Positions 9,862 to 18,162 of a stretch of 64,000 nucleotides of DNA are shown here, in pieces; positions within the stretch are counted from its first letter, which is position 1, and every line of letters starts with the position of its first letter. The DNA lies in the NCBI GenBank assembly GCA_042216525.1, contig JBDGTT010000023.1, forward strand, positions 22,812-86,811, in the 5' to 3' direction. Origin of the DNA: Halobacteriaceae archaeon (lineage in GTDB: Archaea > Halobacteriota > Halobacteria > Halobacteriales > Halobacteriaceae). The notes beneath the pieces are model-generated. The model was not told the DNA's origin, made no database searches, and worked only from the letters and a program-made list of their open reading frames with translations. The position numbers and the translations under genes were made by a program.

Positions 9862-11190
9862 ATGTCGAGCGAGGAAGTCGGCGTGGGCGTCCTCAGTCTC
9901 CACAACAGCAAGGAGACGAAGGCGATTCTGAACGCCGTCGAAGCACTCGGGCACGAACCACAGTGGTACCGCGAAGAGAACACCGTCGTCGACATCGTCG
10001 ACGGCAGGGTCGAACTGGACCCGGACGTCGACGTGGTCCTGAACCGACTGCTCCTCTCGAACACGGAGCAGCCCTCCGAGTTGCTCGGGCTGGCGACGAC
10101 GTTCGCGCGCCTCAAGCCGATGCTGAACTCGCCCGAGAGCGTGCTGACCGCCGTCCACAAGTTCTCCACCGCCGCCGCACTCGTCGACGCCGGCATCCGG
10201 GTCCCCGACGCCCTCCTCGCTCTCGACGCGGACCCCCTGAACGCCCGTCGCGAGCGGTTCGGCGAGAGCGTCGTCTACAAGACGGCCATCGGCACGCACG
10301 GCGGCGGCACCTGGAAACTCGGGCCCGAGGACCAGGTGAACCCCCAGGTCGGCGGTCGGTACGCCTTCCTCCAGGAGTACCTCGACGACGCCGACACCAA
10401 GCGGGACCTGCGCGTCTACGTCGTCGGCGACACCGTCGTCGGCGCGATGTACCGCTACGCCCCCGATCACGACTGGCGGACGAACGTGGCCCTCGGCGGC
10501 CAGGTCGAACCGGCCGACGACCTGCCCGCGGAGGCCGAGCGCTTCGCGCTCGAGGCCGCCGACGCGGTCGAGTTGGACTACGCCGGCGTCGACCTCGTCG
10601 AGGGGCCCGACGGCTGGTACGTGCTGGAGGTCAACCCCACGGCCGGGTTCAAGGGCCTCTTCGAGGCGACCGGGGTCAGCCCGGCCCCATACATCGCGAA
10701 ACTCGGCATCGAGCGCGCTGGCGGCAGCGTCGACGACGACCGCGTCCGGGAACTCGCGGCGACGCTGGACGACTCCCGGCCGGACTGTGCGCCGACGCCG
10801 TCCTCGCCCGTCTCGGGGGAGCGGACCATCGGCTACACCGAGGAGGTGATGGTCTCGGGGACGGCGGGCACCGAGCAGGTCGTCGCGAAGTCCGACACCG
10901 GCGCCTCGCGGACCTCCATCGACACGTCGCTCGCCGCCCGGATCGGTGCCGGCCCCATCAAGAGCATGACGACGGTGCGCTCGGGTAGCGTCAAGTCCGG
11001 GAAGTCCCGGCCGGTCATCGACATCGTCGTCGGGGTCGGCGGGGACCGCCACACCGTCAGCGCCAGCCTCGAGGACCGCAGCCACATGAACTACCCGCTG
11101 CTGCTCGGCCGGGACATCCTCAAGCACTACCAGGTCGACGTCAGCCGGCGGACCGAAGACGACGAGGAGGACACCGAAGAAGAGGAGTAG
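9862..11190 (+). CDS. RimK-family ATP-grasp ligase fused to a C-terminal retropepsin-like ('ATP-dependent zinc protease', PF05618-like) domain
   Basis: Track ORF 9835..11190. ATG at 9862 (MSSEEVGVGVLSLHN...). ATP-grasp blocks (VVYKTAIGTHGGG, LRVYVVGD, DYAGVDLV..WYVLEVN). The C-terminal about 140 aa carry AKSDTGASRTSID (DTGA). The tail is RRTEDDEEDTEEEE. Confidence 0.85.
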   Translation: MSSEEVGVGVLSLHNSKETKAILNAVEALGHEPQWYREENTVVDIVDGRVELDPDVDVVLNRLLLSNTEQPSELLGLATTFARLKPMLNSPESVLTAVHKFSTAAALVDAGIRVPDALLALDADPLNARRERFGESVVYKTAIGTHGGGTWKLGPEDQVNPQVGGRYAFLQEYLDDADTKRDLRVYVVGDTVVGAMYRYAPDHDWRTNVALGGQVEPADDLPAEAERFALEAADAVELDYAGVDLVEGPDGWYVLEVNPTAGFKGLFEATGVSPAPYIAKLGIERAGGSVDDDRVRELAATLDDSRPDCAPTPSSPVSGERTIGYTEEVMVSGTAGTEQVVAKSDTGASRTSIDTSLAARIGAGPIKSMTTVRSGSVKSGKSRPVIDIVVGVGGDRHTVSASLEDRSHMNYPLLLGRDILKHYQVDVSRRTEDDEEDTEEEE

Positions 11191-11784
11191 TCAGTCGCGC
11201 TCGTAGGCCCGCCAGAGCAGGCGCGTCGCGTAACTGCGGTAGGGGCGCCACGCGGCCGCCACCTCGCGCATCGCCGACCGGTCCGCGTCGTCGAGGTCGT
11301 AGAGGCTCGCCATCGCCCGTCGCACGCCGAGGTCGCCGACCGGGAAGACGTCCTCGCGCCCGAGGACGAAGATGAGGTACATCCGCCCGGTCCAGGGCCC
11401 GAGACCGCGGACCGCCGACACCCGGTCGACGACCGCCGCGTCGTCCAGGTCGGCGAGCGACTCGGGTGCGACGTCGCCGTCCCGGTAGGCGACCGCGGCG
11501 TTGCGGACGTAGCCGGCCTTCTGCGGGCCGAGGCCGGCGTCGGCGAGCGTCTCGACGGGGGTGGACAGCACCGCCCCGGGGGTGAGCGGCCGGTCGAGCG
11601 CGTCGAACAGTCGCTCGCGCACCGTCCGCGCCGCCGCCGAGGAGATGCTCTGGTTGACGACGGAGACCACCAGTCGCTCGAAGGGGTGCTCGGCCGGGTC
11701 GACCGTCACCGGGCCGTGTCGCTCGAGGAGGGCGGCCATCCGCGGGTCCGCGCGGAGCGTCGCCCGCCAGTCGCGGTCGGTCAT
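11191..11784 (-). CDS. HhH-GPD DNA glycosylase (AlkA / 3-methyladenine glycosylase II-like)
   Basis: 197-aa ORF. Helix-hairpin-helix VRGLGPWTGRMYLIF followed by the PVGDLGVRRA Asp motif. Confidence 0.85.
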   Translation of the reverse strand: MTDRDWRATLRADPRMAALLERHGPVTVDPAEHPFERLVVSVVNQSISSAAARTVRERLFDALDRPLTPGAVLSTPVETLADAGLGPQKAGYVRNAAVAYRDGDVAPESLADLDDAAVVDRVSAVRGLGPWTGRMYLIFVLGREDVFPVGDLGVRRAMASLYDLDDADRSAMREVAAAWRPYRSYATRLLWRAYERD

Positions 11785-11830
11785 CGGGACCGACGAGGGG
11801 GCGCCCGCGCAAAAGCACGCCGGGTCGCGG

Positions 11831-12073
11831 TCACTCCGCGCTGTCGGTCGCGATGCGTATCTCGGCGCTCCGGACCGTCTCGACGAACGCGCCGTCGAGG
11901 CGGTAGCGGTCCCGGTCGTCGCCGCCCCACCCCAGTTCCGAGCGGCGCGCGGGGTCCAGGTCCGGGAACGGTTCGACGAACGGGTCGCCGTCGCGCACCT
12001 CGGCGACGCGCCCGACGGGACTGTCGTCCGCGTCGATGACCGGTCGTCCCTCCGCGTTCTCGCTCAGGTCCAT
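11831..12073 (-). CDS. Small acidic hypothetical protein (possibly PRC-barrel-like)
   Basis: Track ORF 11831..12097 has a GTG start. ATG at 12073 gives MDLSENAEGRPVIDADDSPVGRVAEVRDGDPFVEP... Acidic, haloarchaeal-type composition. No firm family call. Confidence 0.5.
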   Translation of the reverse strand: MDLSENAEGRPVIDADDSPVGRVAEVRDGDPFVEPFPDLDPARRSELGWGGDDRDRYRLDGAFVETVRSAEIRIATDSAE

Positions 12074-12159
12074 GTCGGCCCCAGGGACGCGAGCCACACG
12101 TACCTGTCGGCGGCCCCGACGAGGGAAACGTTGAACCGGCGGGACGGCGAGACGGACAC

Positions 12160-14127
12160 ATGGCCGACGACATCGACGTCATCGCGGTCCTCGGCGCGGG
12201 CAACATGGGACACGGCATCGCGGAGGTGGCCGCACTGGCGGGCTACGAGGTGCGGTTGCGCGACATCTCCGACGAGCTGGTCCAGGGCGGCCTCGACAAC
12301 ATCGAGTGGAGCCTCGGCAAACTGGCCGAGAACGACCGCGTCACCGACGACGAGGCCGATGCGGCCCTCGACCGCGTGTCGACGTACGTGGACCTGGAGG
12401 GGGCAGTGGCGGACGCGGACTTCGTCGTCGAGGCGGTGCCCGAGCGGATGGACGTCAAGAAGAAGGTCTACCGGGACCTCTCCGAGGCGGCCCCCGAGGG
12501 CGCTATCTTCGCGACCAACACCTCCAGCCTCTCGGTGACGGGGCTCTCCGAGGAGACCGACCGTCCGGGGCGCTTCTGTGGCATGCACTTCTTCAACCCG
12601 CCCGTCAGGATGGCCCTCGTGGAGGTCATCGCCGGGGCCCACACCGACGAGGAGACCCTCGAGACGACCGAGGCGCTGGCCGAGTCGATGGGCAAGACCC
12701 CTGTCCGCGTCCGGAAGGACGTCCCGGGGTTCATCGTCAACCGGGTGCTGGTGCCGCTGATGAACGAGGCGGCGTGGCTCGTCTACGAGGACGAGGCGTC
12801 GATGGAGGAGGTGGACGCCGCCGCGAAGTACGACCTCGGCCTGCCGATGGGGCTGTTCGAACTCGCGGACCAGGTCGGCGTCGACGTCGGCCTCGACGTC
12901 CTCGAGTACATGCACGAGGTGCTCGGCGGGGCCTACGAGCCCTGTCCGCTCATCGAGGAGGCAGTCGGGAACGAGACCCTCGGGCGGAAGACCGGCCGCG
13001 GCTTCTACGACTACGACGACGGCGGTCCGGAGGTGCCGGTTGACGCGGGCACGCAGGCCGTCGTGGACGACCTCCTCGCCGTCGCCGCGAACGAGGTGGC
13101 GAAACTGCTCGGCGCGGACGTCGCGCCGGTGGCCGACGTCGACGAGGCGGTGAAACTCGGCGGCGGGTGGCCCGAGGGGCCCGCGGCGATGGCCGACGAG
13201 GCGGGCCTGGACGCCCTCCACGACGTCCTCGTCGAGCGACAGGAGGCGTCCGGCCACCCGCGGTACGACGTCGCGGAAGAACTCGTAGACAGGGTGGAGG
13301 CCGGCCGGGGCTTCTACGGGTCGGCCGGCGACGCGGAGGGGCCGGACTTCGAGGCCATCCGGGTCGAGTACCCCGGCGACGGGGTGGGACGGGTCGTCCT
13401 CGACCGCCCGCACCAGATGAACACCGTGACGACGTCGATGCTGGACGAACTCGAGGCCGCGATGGACGAACTCGAGGCAGACGAGGACGTCCGCGCCGTC
13501 CTCGTCACGGGGGCCGGCGACCGGGCGTTCTGCGCCGGCGCCGACATGACGGCGTTCACCGCCGGAGCGTCCGCGTCCGAGGCGGCCGCGCTCTCGCGAC
13601 GGGGCCAGGAGGCGTTCGGCCGGTTCGAGTCCTCGCCGCTGCCGGTGGTCGCCGCCATCGACGGCTACGCGCTCGGCGGCGGGATGGAACTCGCGACGGC
13701 CGCTGACCTCCGGGTCGCGACGCGGCGCTCGGAACTCGGCCAACCCGAGCACAACCTCGGCATCCTCCCCGCCTGGGGCGGGACCCAGCGACTGTCGGCC
13801 GTCGTGGGCGAGGGGCGCGCGAAGGAGATAATCTTCACCGCGGAGCGCTACGACGCCGAGCGGATGGCCGAGTTCGGCTTCGTGAACGAACTCGTCGACG
13901 CCGACGAGTTCGAGTCGGTCGCCCACGAGTACGCCGCGGACCTCGCCGCCGGACCGCCGGTCGCTCAGGAACTCACGAAGCGGGCGATGCTCGCCGGTCG
14001 GGACGACACCGGGGCCGGCCTCGAGGTGGAGGCGCAGGCGTTCGGACAGACCCTCCAGACCGAGGACATGATGGAGGGCGTCTCCGCGTTCATGAGCGAC
14101 CGCGACCCCGAGTTCGAGGGAGAGTGA
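12160..14127 (+). CDS. Bifunctional 3-hydroxyacyl-CoA dehydrogenase / enoyl-CoA hydratase
   Basis: 655-aa ORF. N-terminal Rossmann IAVLGAGNMGHGIA and FFNPP. The C-terminal crotonase fold has AAIDGYALGGGMELA. Confidence 0.9.
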   Translation: MADDIDVIAVLGAGNMGHGIAEVAALAGYEVRLRDISDELVQGGLDNIEWSLGKLAENDRVTDDEADAALDRVSTYVDLEGAVADADFVVEAVPERMDVKKKVYRDLSEAAPEGAIFATNTSSLSVTGLSEETDRPGRFCGMHFFNPPVRMALVEVIAGAHTDEETLETTEALAESMGKTPVRVRKDVPGFIVNRVLVPLMNEAAWLVYEDEASMEEVDAAAKYDLGLPMGLFELADQVGVDVGLDVLEYMHEVLGGAYEPCPLIEEAVGNETLGRKTGRGFYDYDDGGPEVPVDAGTQAVVDDLLAVAANEVAKLLGADVAPVADVDEAVKLGGGWPEGPAAMADEAGLDALHDVLVERQEASGHPRYDVAEELVDRVEAGRGFYGSAGDAEGPDFEAIRVEYPGDGVGRVVLDRPHQMNTVTTSMLDELEAAMDELEADEDVRAVLVTGAGDRAFCAGADMTAFTAGASASEAAALSRRGQEAFGRFESSPLPVVAAIDGYALGGGMELATAADLRVATRRSELGQPEHNLGILPAWGGTQRLSAVVGEGRAKEIIFTAERYDAERMAEFGFVNELVDADEFESVAHEYAADLAAGPPVAQELTKRAMLAGRDDTGAGLEVEAQAFGQTLQTEDMMEGVSAFMSDRDPEFEGE

Positions 14128-14128
14128 G

Positions 14129-15754
14129 TCACTCCTCGCCGAAGAGAGCGGCGCGGTCGGCCTTGCCGTTCCGCGTCTCGGGGATGGCGTCGAGGAACCG
14201 GACCTCTCGCGGTCGCTTGTGGGGGCCGATGGCGTCCGCGACGGTCGCGGTCAGCGTCGCCGCGAGGTCGTCGTCCGCCGTCGCGTCGTCGGCGGGGACG
14301 ACGCAGGCGACCACACGCTGCCCGCGGTCCGCGTCGGGCACGCCGCCGACCACGGCCGCGGCGACGGCCGGGTGGGTCGAGAGCGCGTCCTCCACCTCCG
14401 TCGGACTGACGCGGTAGCCGGACGTGATGATGACGTCGTCGAGGCGGCCCCGGTGGTAGAGGTAGCCGTCGGCGTCACGCTCGACGGCGTCGCCCGTCCG
14501 TAGCCAGCCCTCGTCGGTGAACGCCGCGTCGGTCGCCGCCGGGTCGTCGAGGTAGCCGGAGAATAGCACCGGGTCCGGGGGGCGGACCACGAGTTCGCCC
14601 ACCTCGCCCGGCGGGAGTTCCGCGCCGTCCTCGTCGACGACGACCACGTCGTGCCCGGGGTAGGGCCTGCCGAGCGACCCGTCGCGAGGCGGGTAGGCCG
14701 CCCGACACTCGCCCGCAATGGCGTTCGCCTCGGTCTGGCCGTATCCCTCGTTGATCACGGCGCCGAGGGCTCGCTCCGCCCACGACTGCACCCCGTCGGG
14801 CAGGGCTTCGCCACCGGACTGGACGGCGACGAGCGCCGAGAGGTCGTGTGCGGCGGGGTCGACCTCGGCCCGCATCCGCCGGAGCGCGGTCGGCGGGAAG
14901 TAGGCGTGGGTGACGCCTTCGCTGGCGATGAGCCCCAGGGCCCGGTCCGGGTCGAACCCGGACCGCCGCTCGTGGCTGACGACGGTGCCGCCGAGCGCGA
15001 GCGTCGGGAACACCACGTCGAAGAGGGCGCCGGCCCACGCCCACTCCGCCGGCGTGTATATCCGGGCGGCGCGCGCCTCGGCCGCGTCGAAGAGCTGGTA
15101 CCAGCACTGGTTGCCGGGCAGCGACCCGGCGAGGTAGGAGTGGCCGACCACGACGCCCTTCGGGTCGCCGGTGCTCCCCGACGTGAACAGGACGAGCGCC
15201 GGGTCATCGGGGGTCGTCGCCGGTCGGTCGACGGTGTCGCCGGCGGTGACGTGAGCGTCGAGACCGAACAGCGGCGCCGTCCTCGCGCCCGTCTCGACGA
15301 CGAGCGACTCGGCCGCGAACTCGCCGTCGAGGGCCGCCCGTCGCTGCGCGTCACAGACGACCAGCGAGACGTCCGCTCGCGCCGCCGTGGACCGGAGGCT
15401 GGCGTCTCCGAGCAGCATCGACAGCGGCACCGACACCGCGCCAACCGCGAACGTCGCGAGGTGGGCCACGAGCAGTTCCGGCGACTGCGGGAGACAGAGA
15501 CCGACTCGGTCGCCCGGGTCGACGCCCGCCGTCGCGAACCGCGCGGCCGTCGCGTCGGTCGCCGCCCGCAACTCGCCGTAGGTGAGCGCGGTCCGCTCGC
15601 CGTCGACGCCGACGTGCCGGAGCGCCTCGTCCGCCGAGTCGCCGGCGTCCAGACACTCCGCGGCGACGTTGTACTCGGCCGGGAGGTCCCACTCGAACCC
15701 GGCCCACGGGTCAGCGACGTCCGATGGTTCCGGGAGGTGATACCCGCGTGGCAT
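14129..15754 (-). CDS. AMP-dependent acyl-CoA synthetase/ligase
   Basis: 541-aa ORF with AMP-binding motif LFTSGSTGDPKGV, GYGQTE and LRTGD blocks. Confidence 0.9.
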   Translation of the reverse strand: MPRGYHLPEPSDVADPWAGFEWDLPAEYNVAAECLDAGDSADEALRHVGVDGERTALTYGELRAATDATAARFATAGVDPGDRVGLCLPQSPELLVAHLATFAVGAVSVPLSMLLGDASLRSTAARADVSLVVCDAQRRAALDGEFAAESLVVETGARTAPLFGLDAHVTAGDTVDRPATTPDDPALVLFTSGSTGDPKGVVVGHSYLAGSLPGNQCWYQLFDAAEARAARIYTPAEWAWAGALFDVVFPTLALGGTVVSHERRSGFDPDRALGLIASEGVTHAYFPPTALRRMRAEVDPAAHDLSALVAVQSGGEALPDGVQSWAERALGAVINEGYGQTEANAIAGECRAAYPPRDGSLGRPYPGHDVVVVDEDGAELPPGEVGELVVRPPDPVLFSGYLDDPAATDAAFTDEGWLRTGDAVERDADGYLYHRGRLDDVIITSGYRVSPTEVEDALSTHPAVAAAVVGGVPDADRGQRVVACVVPADDATADDDLAATLTATVADAIGPHKRPREVRFLDAIPETRNGKADRAALFGEE

Positions 15755-15869
15755 TTCGATGCCGGAGGGAAGGCGGGGGCGTCAGATGAGTCTGCCGACT
15801 CGCGTCGCCCTCGAGCGCCCGGTCGCCCGCCGGCGAGCAGCGCCGACCGGCCGCCGCCGTTTGGATGGA

Positions 15870-15875
15870 TTTATA
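15870..15875 (+). promoter_or_regulatory. TATA box of tRNA-Glu (TTTATA in GATTTATACC)
   Basis: Lies 28-33 nt upstream of the tRNA 5' end. The same TTTATACC core sits upstream of tRNA-Leu. Confidence 0.6.
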
Positions 15876-15902
15876 CCGCGGCGACTCCGACCGCCTGATG
15901 TC

Positions 15903-15977
15903 GCTCGGTTGGTGTAGTCCGGCCAATCATGTTGGCCTTTCGAGCCAACGACCGGGGTTCAAATCCCCGACCGAGCA
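15903..15977 (+). tRNA. tRNA-Glu (anticodon UUC)
   Basis: GCTCGGT...ACCGAGC acceptor stem, anticodon loop CTTTCGA, T-arm CGGGGTTCAAATCCCCG, discriminator A, CCA not encoded. 75 nt. Confidence 0.9.
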
Positions 15978-16114
15978 TCCGAGCGAACTCCGTGAGCGAG
16001 GAGCGTAGGGAGGGATTTGAATCACGCGAACGCGACCCGACGGAGCGTTCGCCATCGGGTTCAAATCCCCGACCGAGCATCCGAGCGAACTCCGTGAGCG
16101 AGGAGCGCAGGGAG
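15955..16114 (+). repeat. 58-nt direct repeat (tRNA-Glu 3' 23 nt plus 35 nt of trailer), two copies 102 nt apart
   Basis: Copies at 15955-16012 and 16057-16114 are identical except T/C at 16006/16108. The 44-nt spacer holds GGGAGGGATTTGAATCA and the hairpin GCGAACGC/GCGTTCGC (16026-16052). Confidence 0.9.
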
Positions 16115-16123
16115 CGACGCGAC

Positions 16124-18061
16124 TCAGTCGGTGCGGCCGCCGTCCCCGAGAGCAGTCCCCGGTGCCGGGCCGTCGACCGTCTCCGCAGCGGCCGCGTCGA
16201 CGTCGAAGGTCGAGAGCAGCGACCGGAGGCGGTCCGCTCGCTCGCGCAGCGAGCCGACGTCGTCGGCGACCTGAGAGGCGGACGCGGCCTGTTCCTGGGC
16301 GGCGGCAGAGACGCCCGCGACGTCGTCGGCCGTCGACGCGCTGATGTCGGCGACGTCCTCGACGACGGCGACGGCCTCCTCGGCGCTCGCGGCCTGGTCG
16401 TCCGTCGCGTCGCGTATCTCCTGGACGCCCGTGTCGGTGGCCGCGGCGTGCTCGGTGACGGTCGCGAACGCGTCGAGGACCTCCTCGACGGCCTCGACGG
16501 CGGCCTCGACGTCGCGCTGTGCGGCCTGCACCTCATCGACGGTCGAGCGGGTCTGGGACTGGACCTCGTCGATGAGCTGTTCGATGTCGCTGGTCGAGGT
16601 CCGCGTCTCCTCGGCCAGTTGCTTGACCTCGTTCGCGACGACCGCGAACCCCTCGCCGTCACCGTCGCCGGCGCCGGTGCCGACGCGGGCGGCCTCGATG
16701 TTCGCGTTCAGCGCCAGGATGTTCGTCTGTTCCGCGACGTCCCCGATGAGGTCGACGATGTCACCGATCTCGGCCATCCGCTCGTCGAGGGCCTCGACGT
16801 CCGCGACGGTCGAGTCGATCGCCCCCTGGACCGCGCGGGTGCGCTCGATGGCGTCGGTGGCGGTCGCCTCGCCGCTGTCGGCGACGTCGGCCATCTCCCG
16901 CGAGCGGTCGGCCACGGACTCGGTGGACGCCGCCACCTCCTCGATGGTCGCCGAGAGGTCGCTCATCTCCGTGGTGACCTGGTCGAGCATCTCGCGCTGC
17001 TCGGTCGCGCCATCGGCGATGCCCTGGATGGACCCGCTGACCTCCTCGCTGGCGCGCTCGACGGCGCGCGCGCCGTCGCTGGCGTCCTCGCTCGTCTCGC
17101 TGACGTCGTGTGCGATGGTCTGGACCTCCGCCACCGCCGCCTCCGTCTCGGAGAGCATCTCGTTGCACGACTCCGCGATGCGGGTCATGGCCTCGCTCTC
17201 GCTCTCCGGATCGAGTCTGACGCCGAGGTCGCCCGCCGCGGCCCGTCGCATCGCCTCGCTGTAGGCGTCGGCCTTGGCCTCGAGGTGGTCGTTCAGTCGC
17301 TCCACTTCGGCCTGTCGCTCGCGGGCCTCCTCCCGGGCGGCCTCGACCTCGGCTTTCTTCGCCTCGAGGTCCTCGACCTGTCGGGACTTCGCCTCGGCCT
17401 CTTGGAGCGTCTCGCGGGCCTCCTCCCGGGAGCGCTCGGTCGAGTACCAGTGTGTCGTCAGCGCCACCGCGAGCGCCAGGACGAACGTCGCGTGGATGAC
17501 CGCCCATGCCCACGGGTTGTTGATCGCGGCCGCGTGGTTGTACACGAGTTCCGGGGAGGTCATGCCGAAGTAGCCGTGCTGGAGGGCGACGTAGACGATG
17601 CCGAGGAGGAACGGCAGCCAGTCCTCGTAGACCGCCACGACGGCCATCACGACGAAGAAGTGGAAGTGCGCCTCGATGTAGCCACCGGAGAAGTAGACGA
17701 GGACGGCGGACGCAGAGGCGAGGCCGATCGTCGCGAGGCCGGTCCGCGTGCGTCGGGTGAACTGTGGAATCGCCGCGAGAGCGCCGAACGCGACGACGAC
17801 GCCGACGCCGAGCAGGACCCGACTCGTGGAGAACGCCGGAATCTGTGCGCCGGTCACCGACTCGGTCCCGTGATAGAGACCGAGGAGAACGAGCAGGGGG
17901 ACGTGCACCGCTATGAGCGCCAGAATCGCCCGGTGGCGGCCCCGCCACGTCGAGTCGGGGATGGAGTCCCCACTCGGCACGTACCGGAGGTAGTCCGCTA
18001 TCCTCGACGTCGATCCGCCCGCACTCGTCGCGGAACCGCTCGCGTCCGCGTGTCCTCCCAT
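16124..18061 (-). CDS. Methyl-accepting chemotaxis transducer (Htr-type) with a six-helix His-rich membrane sensor
   Basis: 645-aa ORF. The C-terminal MCP signalling domain has [18 protein letters not shown] and [15 protein letters not shown]. The N-terminal about 210 aa form six hydrophobic helices with EAHFHFF, QHGY and IHATF. Confidence 0.9.
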   Translation of the reverse strand: MGGHADASGSATSAGGSTSRIADYLRYVPSGDSIPDSTWRGRHRAILALIAVHVPLLVLLGLYHGTESVTGAQIPAFSTSRVLLGVGVVVAFGALAAIPQFTRRTRTGLATIGLASASAVLVYFSGGYIEAHFHFFVVMAVVAVYEDWLPFLLGIVYVALQHGYFGMTSPELVYNHAAAINNPWAWAVIHATFVLALAVALTTHWYSTERSREEARETLQEAEAKSRQVEDLEAKKAEVEAAREEARERQAEVERLNDHLEAKADAYSEAMRRAAAGDLGVRLDPESESEAMTRIAESCNEMLSETEAAVAEVQTIAHDVSETSEDASDGARAVERASEEVSGSIQGIADGATEQREMLDQVTTEMSDLSATIEEVAASTESVADRSREMADVADSGEATATDAIERTRAVQGAIDSTVADVEALDERMAEIGDIVDLIGDVAEQTNILALNANIEAARVGTGAGDGDGEGFAVVANEVKQLAEETRTSTSDIEQLIDEVQSQTRSTVDEVQAAQRDVEAAVEAVEEVLDAFATVTEHAAATDTGVQEIRDATDDQAASAEEAVAVVEDVADISASTADDVAGVSAAAQEQAASASQVADDVGSLRERADRLRSLLSTFDVDAAAAETVDGPAPGTALGDGGRTD

Positions 18062-18162
18062 GTGCGTTGGGACGCAACTCCCGGAAAAAGCGTTTCTCCC
18101 CGATTATCAACCGTCATAACGGGACGGTCGCGTCTCACGGGGCCTCGTCGCGGCGGGCGCCG

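Noticed and set aside
9772-11127. N-terminal extensions of long track ORFs (for example 8746..11127, 7937..9547, 35879..36940, 46996..47602, 56675..56827, 58117..58701, 57401..58207, 61470..63134).
   Set aside because: In each case the recognisable protein starts at an internal ATG or GTG. The upstream part overlaps a well-supported gene on the other strand and has junk-like composition.
12064-13926. 620-aa minus-strand ORF antisense to the hydroxyacyl-CoA dehydrogenase/enoyl-CoA hydratase gene.
   Set aside because: It is a GC shadow ORF. It has Arg/Gly/Pro/His/Val-rich low-complexity composition and no motifs, while the plus-strand frame carries clear Rossmann and crotonase signatures. The same reasoning rejects 1084..2406, 2714..3703, 3730..4929, 5118..7151, 8437..9798, 14651..15898, 23647..25548, 25561..26973, 27068..28510, 29678..31399, 32488..34380, 36887..37912, 38431..39672, 39773..41482, 43456..44589, 48244..49455, 54166..55608, 58148..59257, 61678..63144 and similar track entries.
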